Assembly (NCBI GenBank): GCA_038534095.1 | Contig: JBCAXK010000016.1 | Span: 1-30,325 of the forward strand | Source: Chlamydiota bacterium | GTDB taxonomy: Bacteria > Chlamydiota > Chlamydiia > Chlamydiales > SM23-39 | Reading direction: 5' to 3' | DNA: 30,325 nucleotides | Shown here: one piece after another, positions 17,767 to 26,178 of the stretch | How the letters are laid out: each line of letters starts with the position of its first letter | How positions within the stretch are numbered: the stretch's first letter is position 1 | The notes under the pieces: generated by a model | The model's input: only the letters and a program-made list of their open reading frames with translations | What the model was told of the DNA's origin: nothing | The model's database searches: none | Program-made: the position numbers and the translations under genes

Positions 17767-17938
17767 GAATATTCTCCTTGATTCAAGGAATTTACTAGAT
17801 TTTATACTTTTTAAACAAAGAAATAGCTTGTAATATTTACAATTTTTCTATTTTTAATTATTGAAATACTTATGTTAAATCTACTGCAAGACAATTCTTG
17901 AAAACGTTTTTTTAAGAATAGAACGCGCAAATATGCAC

Positions 17939-20302
17939 TCAATGCCTCGGTTTTTTACCCAAAACTTTATACACCGTGTGAGGCGCAGAAAACCCTTTGA
18001 AAAGCTTTTCTCCAATTTGATCTAATAGAAGATCTTCCTGTAGACCTTCTTCTTGCAACGCATGCTCGGTAAGCAAAATCTCACCCGGCTTGGCATTTTT
18101 ACAAAGGCGCGCCGCTAAATTCACGTGGGAACCGACCACTGTGTAATTGAGCCGATCTGCTGCGCCCATGTTACCGGCAAGCATTTTTCCTCCATTGATC
18201 CCGATACCCAGTTCGATGATCGGCTCTTTTTCTGCTTTCCTCTGTTTATTCCAAACTTCAAGAGCCCGTTGCATGGCAAGCGCTGTTTCAATCGCTAAAT
18301 GGTAGGGGTTTTCAACAGCAATGGGCGCTCCAAAAAGAGCCATGACCTGATCACCGACATACTTATCCACAACTCCTGTGTGTTTTTCAATGATGGCGGT
18401 GAGTTTTGTCATGCAGGTGTTGAGCATCTCAATCACTTTCCCTGGAGCCATATACTCGGTGATTTTGGTAAAATCCCGAATATCGGCGAACAGAACCACA
18501 ACATCCCTCAGCTCTCCTCCAAGATGGATCTCATTTTTTAACAACTCAGAGGCGATTTGTTTTGAAACGATTTTGTTCAAAATGCTCCGTACCTTATCTT
18601 TTTCTGCCAGTTCCTTAGCCATGCTATTAAAAGAGGTGAGTAAGGAAACGACCTCTCGCGAAGCGCCAGGTTCAATAGGAGGAAGCTCCAAATCCTGTAA
18701 ATGCCCCTCCTTGATTTTTTTCGATACAGAGGCAAGGCGAGTAATCGGTTTAGTGATTTTTCGGGATAGAACTTCTAACACAAGAAGAGCTAGGCATAAA
18801 AGAATAAGCGCATTGATCGAAATAGTCTGCGAGATGCTAGCCACCACCTTTTTTAGCTGCAGATTCATATGGCGAGCGATGCTGAGCGCTTTGCCTGCAG
18901 GCTCTATCAAAAATGTAGCGACAGAAAGATTGGAAAACGGAGTAATGCGCAAAAAATAGTACTCACGGCCGCGGAAAAAAATCTTGCCCATATTTTTTGT
19001 ACCAAAGGCTTTCGGGTCAATTTCATAAAAAGCCGAAGAAACAAGCTTATCGCCTTCAGGGCCATACAGGACAGACGCTCCCCCTTTTCCTAAAATCAAA
19101 ATATGCTCGCGCGCGACCATAGCAAGATTTTTCATGATCGGATCAAGTGTTACTGATAGAGTAAGATACGTATCATCTTGCGACTTGTCTTCCTTGGTAA
19201 TTTTCTTCGTTTTTGTTAAAAACGCTTCTTTTGATAAAGGGTCTGTTTGTAGATGCACAGAGAATGGCTCAGAGTCTTTGATCAATCCTGCAGAAGCCCC
19301 CTCTAAAGGGGTTTTTTGAGAAAAAATGGTGCGCAAGGAGACAAATACCTCTTTTTCTTTAGGAAGCTCTTGGTACACAATTCCAACAGGGCCAGAGGGT
19401 CCTAAAATTCCGTGCGGCAAAGAGTGCGTTTCATTCATAGAAGAGGAAAATTCTGCTAAAGCCATGATCTGCATCTTGCTCAGAAAATGGAGAAACGCTT
19501 CCTGCCATTCTTGTTGCAAAGGGTCCCCTGGCTTTTTTGTATAGAGGGACCCTTTGCGAGAACTCTTTTTTTTGCGCGCTGATTTAAGCAGTTCACGAAA
19601 ATTTTCTTTTTGCAGAAGGGATTCATTGTCCCGCAAGTAGTTTTTTGCAGTTTTGAGCAGCTTTTCAAAAGGCCCCTGGAGTTTTTTTTCAGGGTACGCG
19701 CCGTAAAGAAGGGTCTTCCAATCGTAAGCAATGCGAAGATTTCCCCGTAAAAGCAGAGGAGAATTTCTACCTAGCAGGTCCGCTAACCACTCTTGAGGAA
19801 ACACCAGACTTAAATAGAGCCGATCTTCAACAAAAATCCATGAGAGCTTCCGGCTTACTTCATAAACAGACACGTACTCTTTTCCCACATCATGCATGTT
19901 CATAGAAAAGGCCTCGCGGGCAGCGCCCTTGCCTGTTTCAAGTTGAGCAAAGCTCACCCAAGGGTTCTTGATGATGAGAGAAGAGAGAAATGCCCAAGGG
20001 GTTTCTTTCCGACTTTGTGGGACAATACCTTCCGGTAAAGGCTCTACGCTCATCTCATAAAAAAGCGCGTCTAACTGCGCTTGCTTTTCTAGAAGAGCTT
20101 TTTGGAGAAAGCCTTGCAGCTTCCTCCTTTTTTGATCCTGAGATTTTTTTACTTCTTTACGAAGAATGGTTTCAGAAAGGCTGAGTTTGCTCCCAACAAC
20201 GATGCGCTCTAAAGCAAGCGTTCCCAAAAAAAAGAGAACAAACAGACTTCCTACTGCAAGGAACAATTTGACCCTAAGAGGCCAGTAAGTTTTCGTGGCC
20301 AT
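17939..20302 (-). CDS. Membrane-bound class III adenylate cyclase (TM - large sensor - TM - HAMP - cyclase)
   Basis: VLFADIRDFT, DKYVGDQVMALFG, GIGIN.G...AGNMG...RLNYTVVG..VNLAARL and KG. HAMP ITKPITRL...EV..L..SFN.M. Two TM helices flank ~450 aa of extracytoplasmic sequence. Confidence 0.93.
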   Translation of the reverse strand: MATKTYWPLRVKLFLAVGSLFVLFFLGTLALERIVVGSKLSLSETILRKEVKKSQDQKRRKLQGFLQKALLEKQAQLDALFYEMSVEPLPEGIVPQSRKETPWAFLSSLIIKNPWVSFAQLETGKGAAREAFSMNMHDVGKEYVSVYEVSRKLSWIFVEDRLYLSLVFPQEWLADLLGRNSPLLLRGNLRIAYDWKTLLYGAYPEKKLQGPFEKLLKTAKNYLRDNESLLQKENFRELLKSARKKKSSRKGSLYTKKPGDPLQQEWQEAFLHFLSKMQIMALAEFSSSMNETHSLPHGILGPSGPVGIVYQELPKEKEVFVSLRTIFSQKTPLEGASAGLIKDSEPFSVHLQTDPLSKEAFLTKTKKITKEDKSQDDTYLTLSVTLDPIMKNLAMVAREHILILGKGGASVLYGPEGDKLVSSAFYEIDPKAFGTKNMGKIFFRGREYYFLRITPFSNLSVATFLIEPAGKALSIARHMNLQLKKVVASISQTISINALILLCLALLVLEVLSRKITKPITRLASVSKKIKEGHLQDLELPPIEPGASREVVSLLTSFNSMAKELAEKDKVRSILNKIVSKQIASELLKNEIHLGGELRDVVVLFADIRDFTKITEYMAPGKVIEMLNTCMTKLTAIIEKHTGVVDKYVGDQVMALFGAPIAVENPYHLAIETALAMQRALEVWNKQRKAEKEPIIELGIGINGGKMLAGNMGAADRLNYTVVGSHVNLAARLCKNAKPGEILLTEHALQEEGLQEDLLLDQIGEKLFKGFSAPHTVYKVLGKKPRH

Positions 20303-21332
20303 GTTTGGTTACAAGTAATGTATTTTCGTACCGGGCTCCAATGTTCCCGGGTAAATAAATCCCCGGTTCAATCGTAATCACCATGCCTGCAAGCAAGATC
20401 GGATCTTCTACGTCCCCTTTAGAGCGAATCGAGGGGTATTCATGGATCTCTAACCCCACCCCATGACCTAAGCTGTGCGTAAAAAATTCACTCATCGAGC
20501 TTTTCGCAAGCTCTTCTCTAGCCGCCTGATCTAAGTCGGAAGCAAGAGCTCCCTCTTTACAGTAGGAGGCTGCTTTGTGGTAAGCGTCTTGGACAAGCCG
20601 ATAAATTCTCACCGTTTCTTTACAAGGGGTCCCATGAAAAAACACCCTCGTCATATCGGCGCAGTAACCAGCAACATTCGCGCCAATATCGACTAAAATC
20701 GGGCTGTTTTCTCTTAAAGGTGTATCTGAAGGGTGGTGATGGGGATGAGCTGCATTTGCGCCAAAAGAGACATTAGGAGGGAATGAAGGGGCGACGGCGC
20801 CTTCTTTGACAATGTACTCTTCAAAAGAGCGGGCCAAACTTTTTTCAGAGATTCCGGTTTTCGCATGCTTTTGTAAAAGATGGTATCCCTGTTTTGTGAG
20901 ATGACAGGCTCGTTTGATCGCTGCAATTTCGCTAGCATCTTTGATCGCACGTAGATCTCTTAAAGGGGAGTAAATGGGCAGAAGATCTTTAGTAGCCTGT
21001 TTCCACCGCTCGTAATCTGCGTAAGAAGCCTTCTCTGCATCAAATCCTAAGCGCCGCTTTTTCCCAAGATCTGATAAAAACTCTTGTTTTTTGTATAGCT
21101 TCAGCGCTACAGGAAGGTTTTTGGCAATGGCCGCGTAGTAACGAGCATCTGTGTAAAGAATGCCTCCATTTTCTTCCAAAATCAGCTTGCCAAAGCTCAT
21201 TTTCTTTCCTGTAAAATAGTAAATATCTATGGGATCTTCTATCAAAAGAGCAGAAACGTCCCAATTGCGCAAAAGCTTAGAGGCTTTTTCTAAACGATTC
21301 TGATGCAAGGTGATTAACCTCCTCGGTGCCAT
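20274..21332 (-). CDS. pepP: Xaa-Pro aminopeptidase (M24B)
   Basis: Creatinase-like N-domain, LRAIKD..EI, DIGA...GYCADMTR, HSLGHGVGLEIHE, TIEPGIY, RYEN. Confidence 0.93.
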   Translation of the reverse strand: MAPRRLITLHQNRLEKASKLLRNWDVSALLIEDPIDIYYFTGKKMSFGKLILEENGGILYTDARYYAAIAKNLPVALKLYKKQEFLSDLGKKRRLGFDAEKASYADYERWKQATKDLLPIYSPLRDLRAIKDASEIAAIKRACHLTKQGYHLLQKHAKTGISEKSLARSFEEYIVKEGAVAPSFPPNVSFGANAAHPHHHPSDTPLRENSPILVDIGANVAGYCADMTRVFFHGTPCKETVRIYRLVQDAYHKAASYCKEGALASDLDQAAREELAKSSMSEFFTHSLGHGVGLEIHEYPSIRSKGDVEDPILLAGMVITIEPGIYLPGNIGARYENTLLVTKHGHENLLAS

Positions 21333-22960
21333 GTTTCTAGGTCATTTTCTTGCACCTTAACAAATACAGGAAAAATTGGCTCTTGATATCTTCCAGCAAG
21401 GAGTCGCAGTTCCTCCTCGGAAAAGGTTTTTCTCGAGGTAAATTGCCGGAATTTTTTTTCGAGTTTGATCTCTCGATAAGGGCCAATTTTCCCATTTTCA
21501 AGAAAAAACAGGAGCAATTCTTCCACTTCTCTTACAGAAAAAAAGGGAGGAATCGCGTCGATAGAGAGGCTAAGTCCCATCACCCGCACTTCGATACCCA
21601 AGTTAGCAAAACTGGCCTGCATCTCTACTGCTAATTGTTCTTGCGGAAGGGTGACGGTGAATACGTGGGGCACAAGAAGTTTTTGCGCAGCGGCTCGCTT
21701 AGAATCTGCGCGGATCATCTGATGCATCAGGGCTTCCTTGCCGCTCATGATCCACAGCTCTTGCCCCGATGCTACAAGGGCGTAAGATCCAACTTTCATC
21801 ATATAGTGGAGACTTTGCCTACTTTCTTGAAAAAGCACAGGCTTATCTTCTTTCGAGGTTGTTTTGAAAAAAACTTCTGGCTGGAGCTTTGGCGCTTTGG
21901 CGGAAAAAGCGACCTCGTTAGAAAAGGGTTGAGGTGTTAGCAAGCTCTCAACAGTTCCCCCACTTGTATCGACATCAAGCAATCGAAGAAGGCGCTTTCT
22001 CAAAAAGCGTTCATCCTGAAAACGGACCTCTTTTTTTTGAGGGTGTACGTTCACATCGACTTTGCTTGGATCAAGATTGATGTGAAGAGCAAAGGCAGGG
22101 TGCTCTTTCTCCTCGAGCCTTGTGCTGTACAGCTCTTTTACAAGAGATGATAAGAAGGGGGATTGAATCCACCTTCCATTGATAAAGATGTGCTGAGAAG
22201 AGCGGCCCGCCTTTGCGTAGGAAGCAGGTCCTAGAAGAGCCACAATTTTTAGCCCTTCCTCGTCCTTTTCTACCCTTCTTGCCTTATCCACAAAGGGTTC
22301 TCCATAAATTTGTCCCATCCGGAAACAGAACCGATCCAAAAAAGAAGCTCCAGACGCTTTTAAAAAAGGGACCACTGTTTTCCCTTCAATCACAAGGGAA
22401 AACTCCCTCTCTGGAAAAGCTAGCGAAAAACTTTGGACAAGACGGATCAGCTGCGAGCGTAAATACCGGCCCGTTTTCTGAAATGCTTTGCGCGCAGGGG
22501 TATTGAAAAAAAGATCCCGCACATGAATCGTTGTCCCCTGCCGTCTTGCGATCCTCGCTTGATCTGTAAAGGTGCCGGCGGAAGAAAAAGCCCGAAAGCC
22601 GCTCCCCGACTGATCTTTAGCGCTTTCCATTTCTACGTTTGCAATGGAAAAAATGGAAGAAAGCGCCTCTCCTCGAAAGCCCATGGTAGAAAGGGTAACA
22701 AGATCGCTTTCCGAGGCAATTTTTGATGTTGTATGCCTTTGGGCGGCAAGAAGCATCTCTTCAAGAGACATCCCCTTCCCATTATCCATTACAGAGACAT
22801 GTTGAAGCAAATCTCCCTCAGCGTTCACAGCGATTTTTTTTGCCCCAGCATCAATCGCATTTTCAACAAGTTCCTTAACAACAGAAACGGGGCTTTCTAC
22901 AACCTCACCCGCTGCAATTTGATCGATCAGTGTACTGGGAAGTTTTTTTAGAGTGAACAT
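21314..22960 (-). CDS. mutL: DNA mismatch repair protein MutL
   Basis: IAAGEVVE.P.SVVKELVENAIDAGA, DNGKGM, HTTSKI, GFRGEALSSI, LFFNTPAR, VDVNVHPQKKEVRF. Confidence 0.97.
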   Translation of the reverse strand: MFTLKKLPSTLIDQIAAGEVVESPVSVVKELVENAIDAGAKKIAVNAEGDLLQHVSVMDNGKGMSLEEMLLAAQRHTTSKIASESDLVTLSTMGFRGEALSSIFSIANVEMESAKDQSGSGFRAFSSAGTFTDQARIARRQGTTIHVRDLFFNTPARKAFQKTGRYLRSQLIRLVQSFSLAFPEREFSLVIEGKTVVPFLKASGASFLDRFCFRMGQIYGEPFVDKARRVEKDEEGLKIVALLGPASYAKAGRSSQHIFINGRWIQSPFLSSLVKELYSTRLEEKEHPAFALHINLDPSKVDVNVHPQKKEVRFQDERFLRKRLLRLLDVDTSGGTVESLLTPQPFSNEVAFSAKAPKLQPEVFFKTTSKEDKPVLFQESRQSLHYMMKVGSYALVASGQELWIMSGKEALMHQMIRADSKRAAAQKLLVPHVFTVTLPQEQLAVEMQASFANLGIEVRVMGLSLSIDAIPPFFSVREVEELLLFFLENGKIGPYREIKLEKKFRQFTSRKTFSEEELRLLAGRYQEPIFPVFVKVQENDLETWHRGG

Positions 22961-23215
22961 ACCTATAGTGTCGGAAGAAACGGGAAAAAAGTCGAGGTTT
23001 TCCCATAGATCTTCTCATAGGGTCAAGACAAAAGCGGTGAGCAAGAACTAAGGAATTTTTTCTACGATTAGCGGCAATCTTTTGAGGGATTTTAGATAGA
23101 AGTTAGAGCAAAGCCTGTACGGTTGCTCGGGCTCTACCAACAAGAGCGCTCTCCCTGTAGTTTACATGGAGACTCGGTTTTATGGTTAAAACGGATCGAA
23201 AGTAGAAAGCGCTCT

Positions 23216-23674
23216 CTAGTCCAATTGTTCTAGTAAAGCGCCCACCAGTCCAGTGCTCGCAATCAGCTCCAACGTGCTCACAGAATTGGTGACTTCATGA
23301 GCTATTTTTGGGGTAACTTTTTTGCTATGGAGTGGTGAGGACGGTTGATCGTTTGATTGCCTGCTTGATGCATGGTAATTAGATAATGCGTCATCTAATT
23401 CTTCAAAACCGGGAGGCACTCCCTCTCCATCTTGATGACTACTCGCGGCTTCTTTCTGCAATATGCCTGAAAATGGATGAAGATCGCCCTCTTTCACCCT
23501 ACTTTTTTGAGAAAAACAGAAGTTGCATAAAACGCGTCCTAACCCTTGCAAAAGGCAGTTGGTAAGACGGCAGATCGTCTTTACAAGGTTTCCCATGCCA
23601 GCAATGTAAGCGTGCATACAGCTTGAAAAACTGGTAGCTACGCAGCAGTCAGAATTTGCTTGAGGTATTTCCAT
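23216..23674 (-). CDS. Orphan protein with Cys-rich amphipathic N-terminus
   Basis: 152-aa ORF with AGGGG RBS, 7 Cys in the first 53 aa, an S-rich disordered C-half and an extremely AT-rich upstream region. Confidence 0.65.
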   Translation of the reverse strand: MEIPQANSDCCVATSFSSCMHAYIAGMGNLVKTICRLTNCLLQGLGRVLCNFCFSQKSRVKEGDLHPFSGILQKEAASSHQDGEGVPPGFEELDDALSNYHASSRQSNDQPSSPLHSKKVTPKIAHEVTNSVSTLELIASTGLVGALLEQLD

Positions 23675-24195
23675 TTTTATGCCCCTTTATAGTTTATATA
23701 CATAAATTATTTATTATTCTCATATATTATGTAAAGGAAATTGTTAATTAAGTATTTTTAATTATTTTTAAAATTAATAATAAATAAATTTATGTTTATT
23801 ATAAATAACTCGAACAAAATATGTAACTGACTAAAAAACAAGGGCCTGCATAAAAAAATCAATAATAGACTGCGCCAAAGATACTGCGATTTGGATGGGC
23901 CTGCTGTTGGCATTTCGATGGTTACAGGCTATGAAATGGGAAGGGTTTTCATGGCAACAAGGTAAAAGCTCGTTAGCGAAATCTAGCGCCTTAAACCATC
24001 AAAGCATCAGAAATGCTGCAGAAGGAAAAAAAAGAAGCAAACGCTCCACTCTTCTTTCAGGCAAACTCGCTAGCAGGAAAGCCCTAGCTATTGAACAAGA
24101 AGTCTTAGCGTGAAAAAAGATCTCTTTCGAAAGCTCTCTCTATAACAGGAATTTCCTTAGAGCGGAATCCCTAAGGGTGTTAAAATAAATGCATC

Positions 24196-24960
24196 ATGCG
24201 CTTTTTGCTTTTTTTGCTTCTTCCTTGGACGTTGCAAGCAACTTATGTAGGCAACCCAGCCTCTCCAGGCCTTTTACAGACAGGCCTTTTCAGCGTCCAC
24301 AACTACCTGATCAATGTAGCTACAGGATACGTTTACGACATTTCTTGGGATAAGAAAATTGCCGCCAAAGACCCCTCTTATCCAGTCGACGAATTTACTG
24401 TCGAATCAAATTGGAGCGCTATTTCCCTTACGCTTTTAAGAAGACTTTCTGTCTATTCGTATTTAGGAGTTTCGAAAGAAACCATGCAGTGGGATCAAAG
24501 CTCCCTATCTGGGCATGGGGGCAAACTCAAAACGAAAAACCATTTTTCGTATAGCGTTGGTACAAAAGTCATTTTACTCCAGTTTGGTTCAACAAAAATC
24601 GCGCTCGATGCGCAGTACTTTTCGCTTCCTTCCTCAAGCAGTTTTGCCAAAACCATTGGATCTATCTACTGGGCATTTGATCCAGGTGAGCAATCCTTGA
24701 GCGTAGAAGAGTGGCATATTGCTCTCGGCTTTGTTCGGTCGTTAGGCCCTTTTTCTGCGTACCTTGGAGGCAAATATAGCCAAAAAGACATCCAAGTCTT
24801 TTCGGAAGACAGCTCTCCCACCTTGGAATTTTCACAAAAAGTTCCCGTCGGCCTTTTTGGAGGTCTTTCTCTCAATGTATCACGCGGACTCTATCTAAAC
24901 CTTGGAGGAAGACTCTTTGATGAATACGCGCTATCATTTGCAGCAATCGCTGCTTTTTAA
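24196..24960 (+). CDS. MOMP-family outer-membrane beta-barrel porin-like protein
   Basis: Signal peptide ending LQA, then TYVGNPASP (compare MOMP LPVGNPAEP), EEWH, AYLGGKYS and RLFDEYA (compare RLIDERA), with a terminal Phe. Confidence 0.85.
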   Translation: MRFLLFLLLPWTLQATYVGNPASPGLLQTGLFSVHNYLINVATGYVYDISWDKKIAAKDPSYPVDEFTVESNWSAISLTLLRRLSVYSYLGVSKETMQWDQSSLSGHGGKLKTKNHFSYSVGTKVILLQFGSTKIALDAQYFSLPSSSSFAKTIGSIYWAFDPGEQSLSVEEWHIALGFVRSLGPFSAYLGGKYSQKDIQVFSEDSSPTLEFSQKVPVGLFGGLSLNVSRGLYLNLGGRLFDEYALSFAAIAAF

Positions 24961-24972
24961 TAGGATACATCT

Positions 24973-26178
24973 ATGGAGCCGGCCTATCAAGAAGCACTTT
25001 TCATCATTCAAACCTTAGCTAGCAAGGGATTTACTAGTTATTTTGCAGGGGGTTGGGTACGCGATTACCTTCTCGGCATTCCCTCGGAAGATATCGATAT
25101 CGCAACGAACGCTCCAGCAGAGGCCATTCTAAAAATTTTCCCAAAAACCGTACCAATTGGATTGCAGTTTGGGATTGTTCTTGTCCTGATTGAACAAAAA
25201 GCCTTTGAAGTAGCCACATTTCGTACAGATGTCTCCTATGAAGATGGCAGGAGGCCTAAGAGAGTGCTTTTTACAACAGCGCAAGAAGATGCTCTTCGTA
25301 GAGATTTTACGATCAACGGGATGTTTTTTGATCCTTTGAGCAAGACGGTCATCGATTACGTGGGAGGACAGGAAGATCTAAAAAAACAATCGATTCGGGC
25401 GATTGGTAACGCGTATCTAAGGATTCAAGAGGATCGCTTGAGAATGATTAGGGCTGTCCGCTTTACTTGCAAACTAGGGTTTACGCTCGATCGTCAAACA
25501 AGAACCGCCATTAAGGAACAAGCGGGTAATCTTTTCCCCTATGTTGCCATGGAGAGGGTGATGCAAGAGTGCAGGAAAATGTTCCAACATAGAACGAGAA
25601 AAGAGGCCTTTTCTCTCCTATTTTCCCTGCAGCTTTTACAGGAAATCTTTCCCACAACAAAAACGCTTACGTTCGAAGAACTTGCGAGAAGAATGGTTTA
25701 TCTAGAGCGTTATCCAGAGAACCTTCCTCTCATCATTTATCTGAAAGGTGCCTTGGAAGAAAGATCGATTACTTCTCTTGTGACCTACACAAAACTGTCG
25801 AATAAGGAAAAAAGCGCAGGTCTTTTTTTCATAAAAAGTGACGCTCTTTTTGAAAAAAAGGAGATCGATGATGCCTCTTGGACAGAATTTTATGCCCACC
25901 CTCTTTCTCGGATGTATCTGGAAGTTGCTAGCTGCGCTCAGATAGACTCCGCCCATTTTTTACAAGAACATGGCGAGAGACAAGATCGCTTGAAACGGGC
26001 TATTTTGCGTAAAAAAACCAATAAGCCCATCCTCTCATCTACCTATCTAAAAGCGAAAGGCATTGCAGAAGGGAAATACTTTGGCTACCTTTTGAAAAAG
26101 GCAGAAAACATCGCCATCAATGAAAACATTGAAGATCCCGAAGAACTATTTACTCGCCTTTTAAAAGAGCAAAAGTAA
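24973..26178 (+). CDS. cca: CCA tRNA nucleotidyltransferase
   Basis: GGWVRD, DIDIAT, EVATFR...Y.DGRRP flexible loop, RRDFTING and the EDRLRMIRAVRF template motif. It lacks the GRRF poly(A) polymerase signature. Confidence 0.9.
   Translation: MEPAYQEALFIIQTLASKGFTSYFAGGWVRDYLLGIPSEDIDIATNAPAEAILKIFPKTVPIGLQFGIVLVLIEQKAFEVATFRTDVSYEDGRRPKRVLFTTAQEDALRRDFTINGMFFDPLSKTVIDYVGGQEDLKKQSIRAIGNAYLRIQEDRLRMIRAVRFTCKLGFTLDRQTRTAIKEQAGNLFPYVAMERVMQECRKMFQHRTRKEAFSLLFSLQLLQEIFPTTKTLTFEELARRMVYLERYPENLPLIIYLKGALEERSITSLVTYTKLSNKEKSAGLFFIKSDALFEKKEIDDASWTEFYAHPLSRMYLEVASCAQIDSAHFLQEHGERQDRLKRAILRKKTNKPILSSTYLKAKGIAEGKYFGYLLKKAENIAINENIEDPEELFTRLLKEQK

Noticed and set aside
18378..18959. 193-aa + strand ORF
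   Set aside because: Antisense to the cyclase HAMP and catalytic region, with no independent features.
23104..23216. Weak inverted repeats (tagagc/gctcta and agagcgct/agcgctct)
   Set aside because: Short stems with poorly pairing interiors, not convincing as an element or terminator.
23895..24113. 72-aa ORF upstream of the MOMP-like gene
   Set aside because: No RBS or motif and the composition is not persuasive.
24973..26178. Poly(A) polymerase (pcnB) call
   Set aside because: Lacks the G(R/K)(R/K)F signature and has the CCA-type flexible loop and EDxxR motif.
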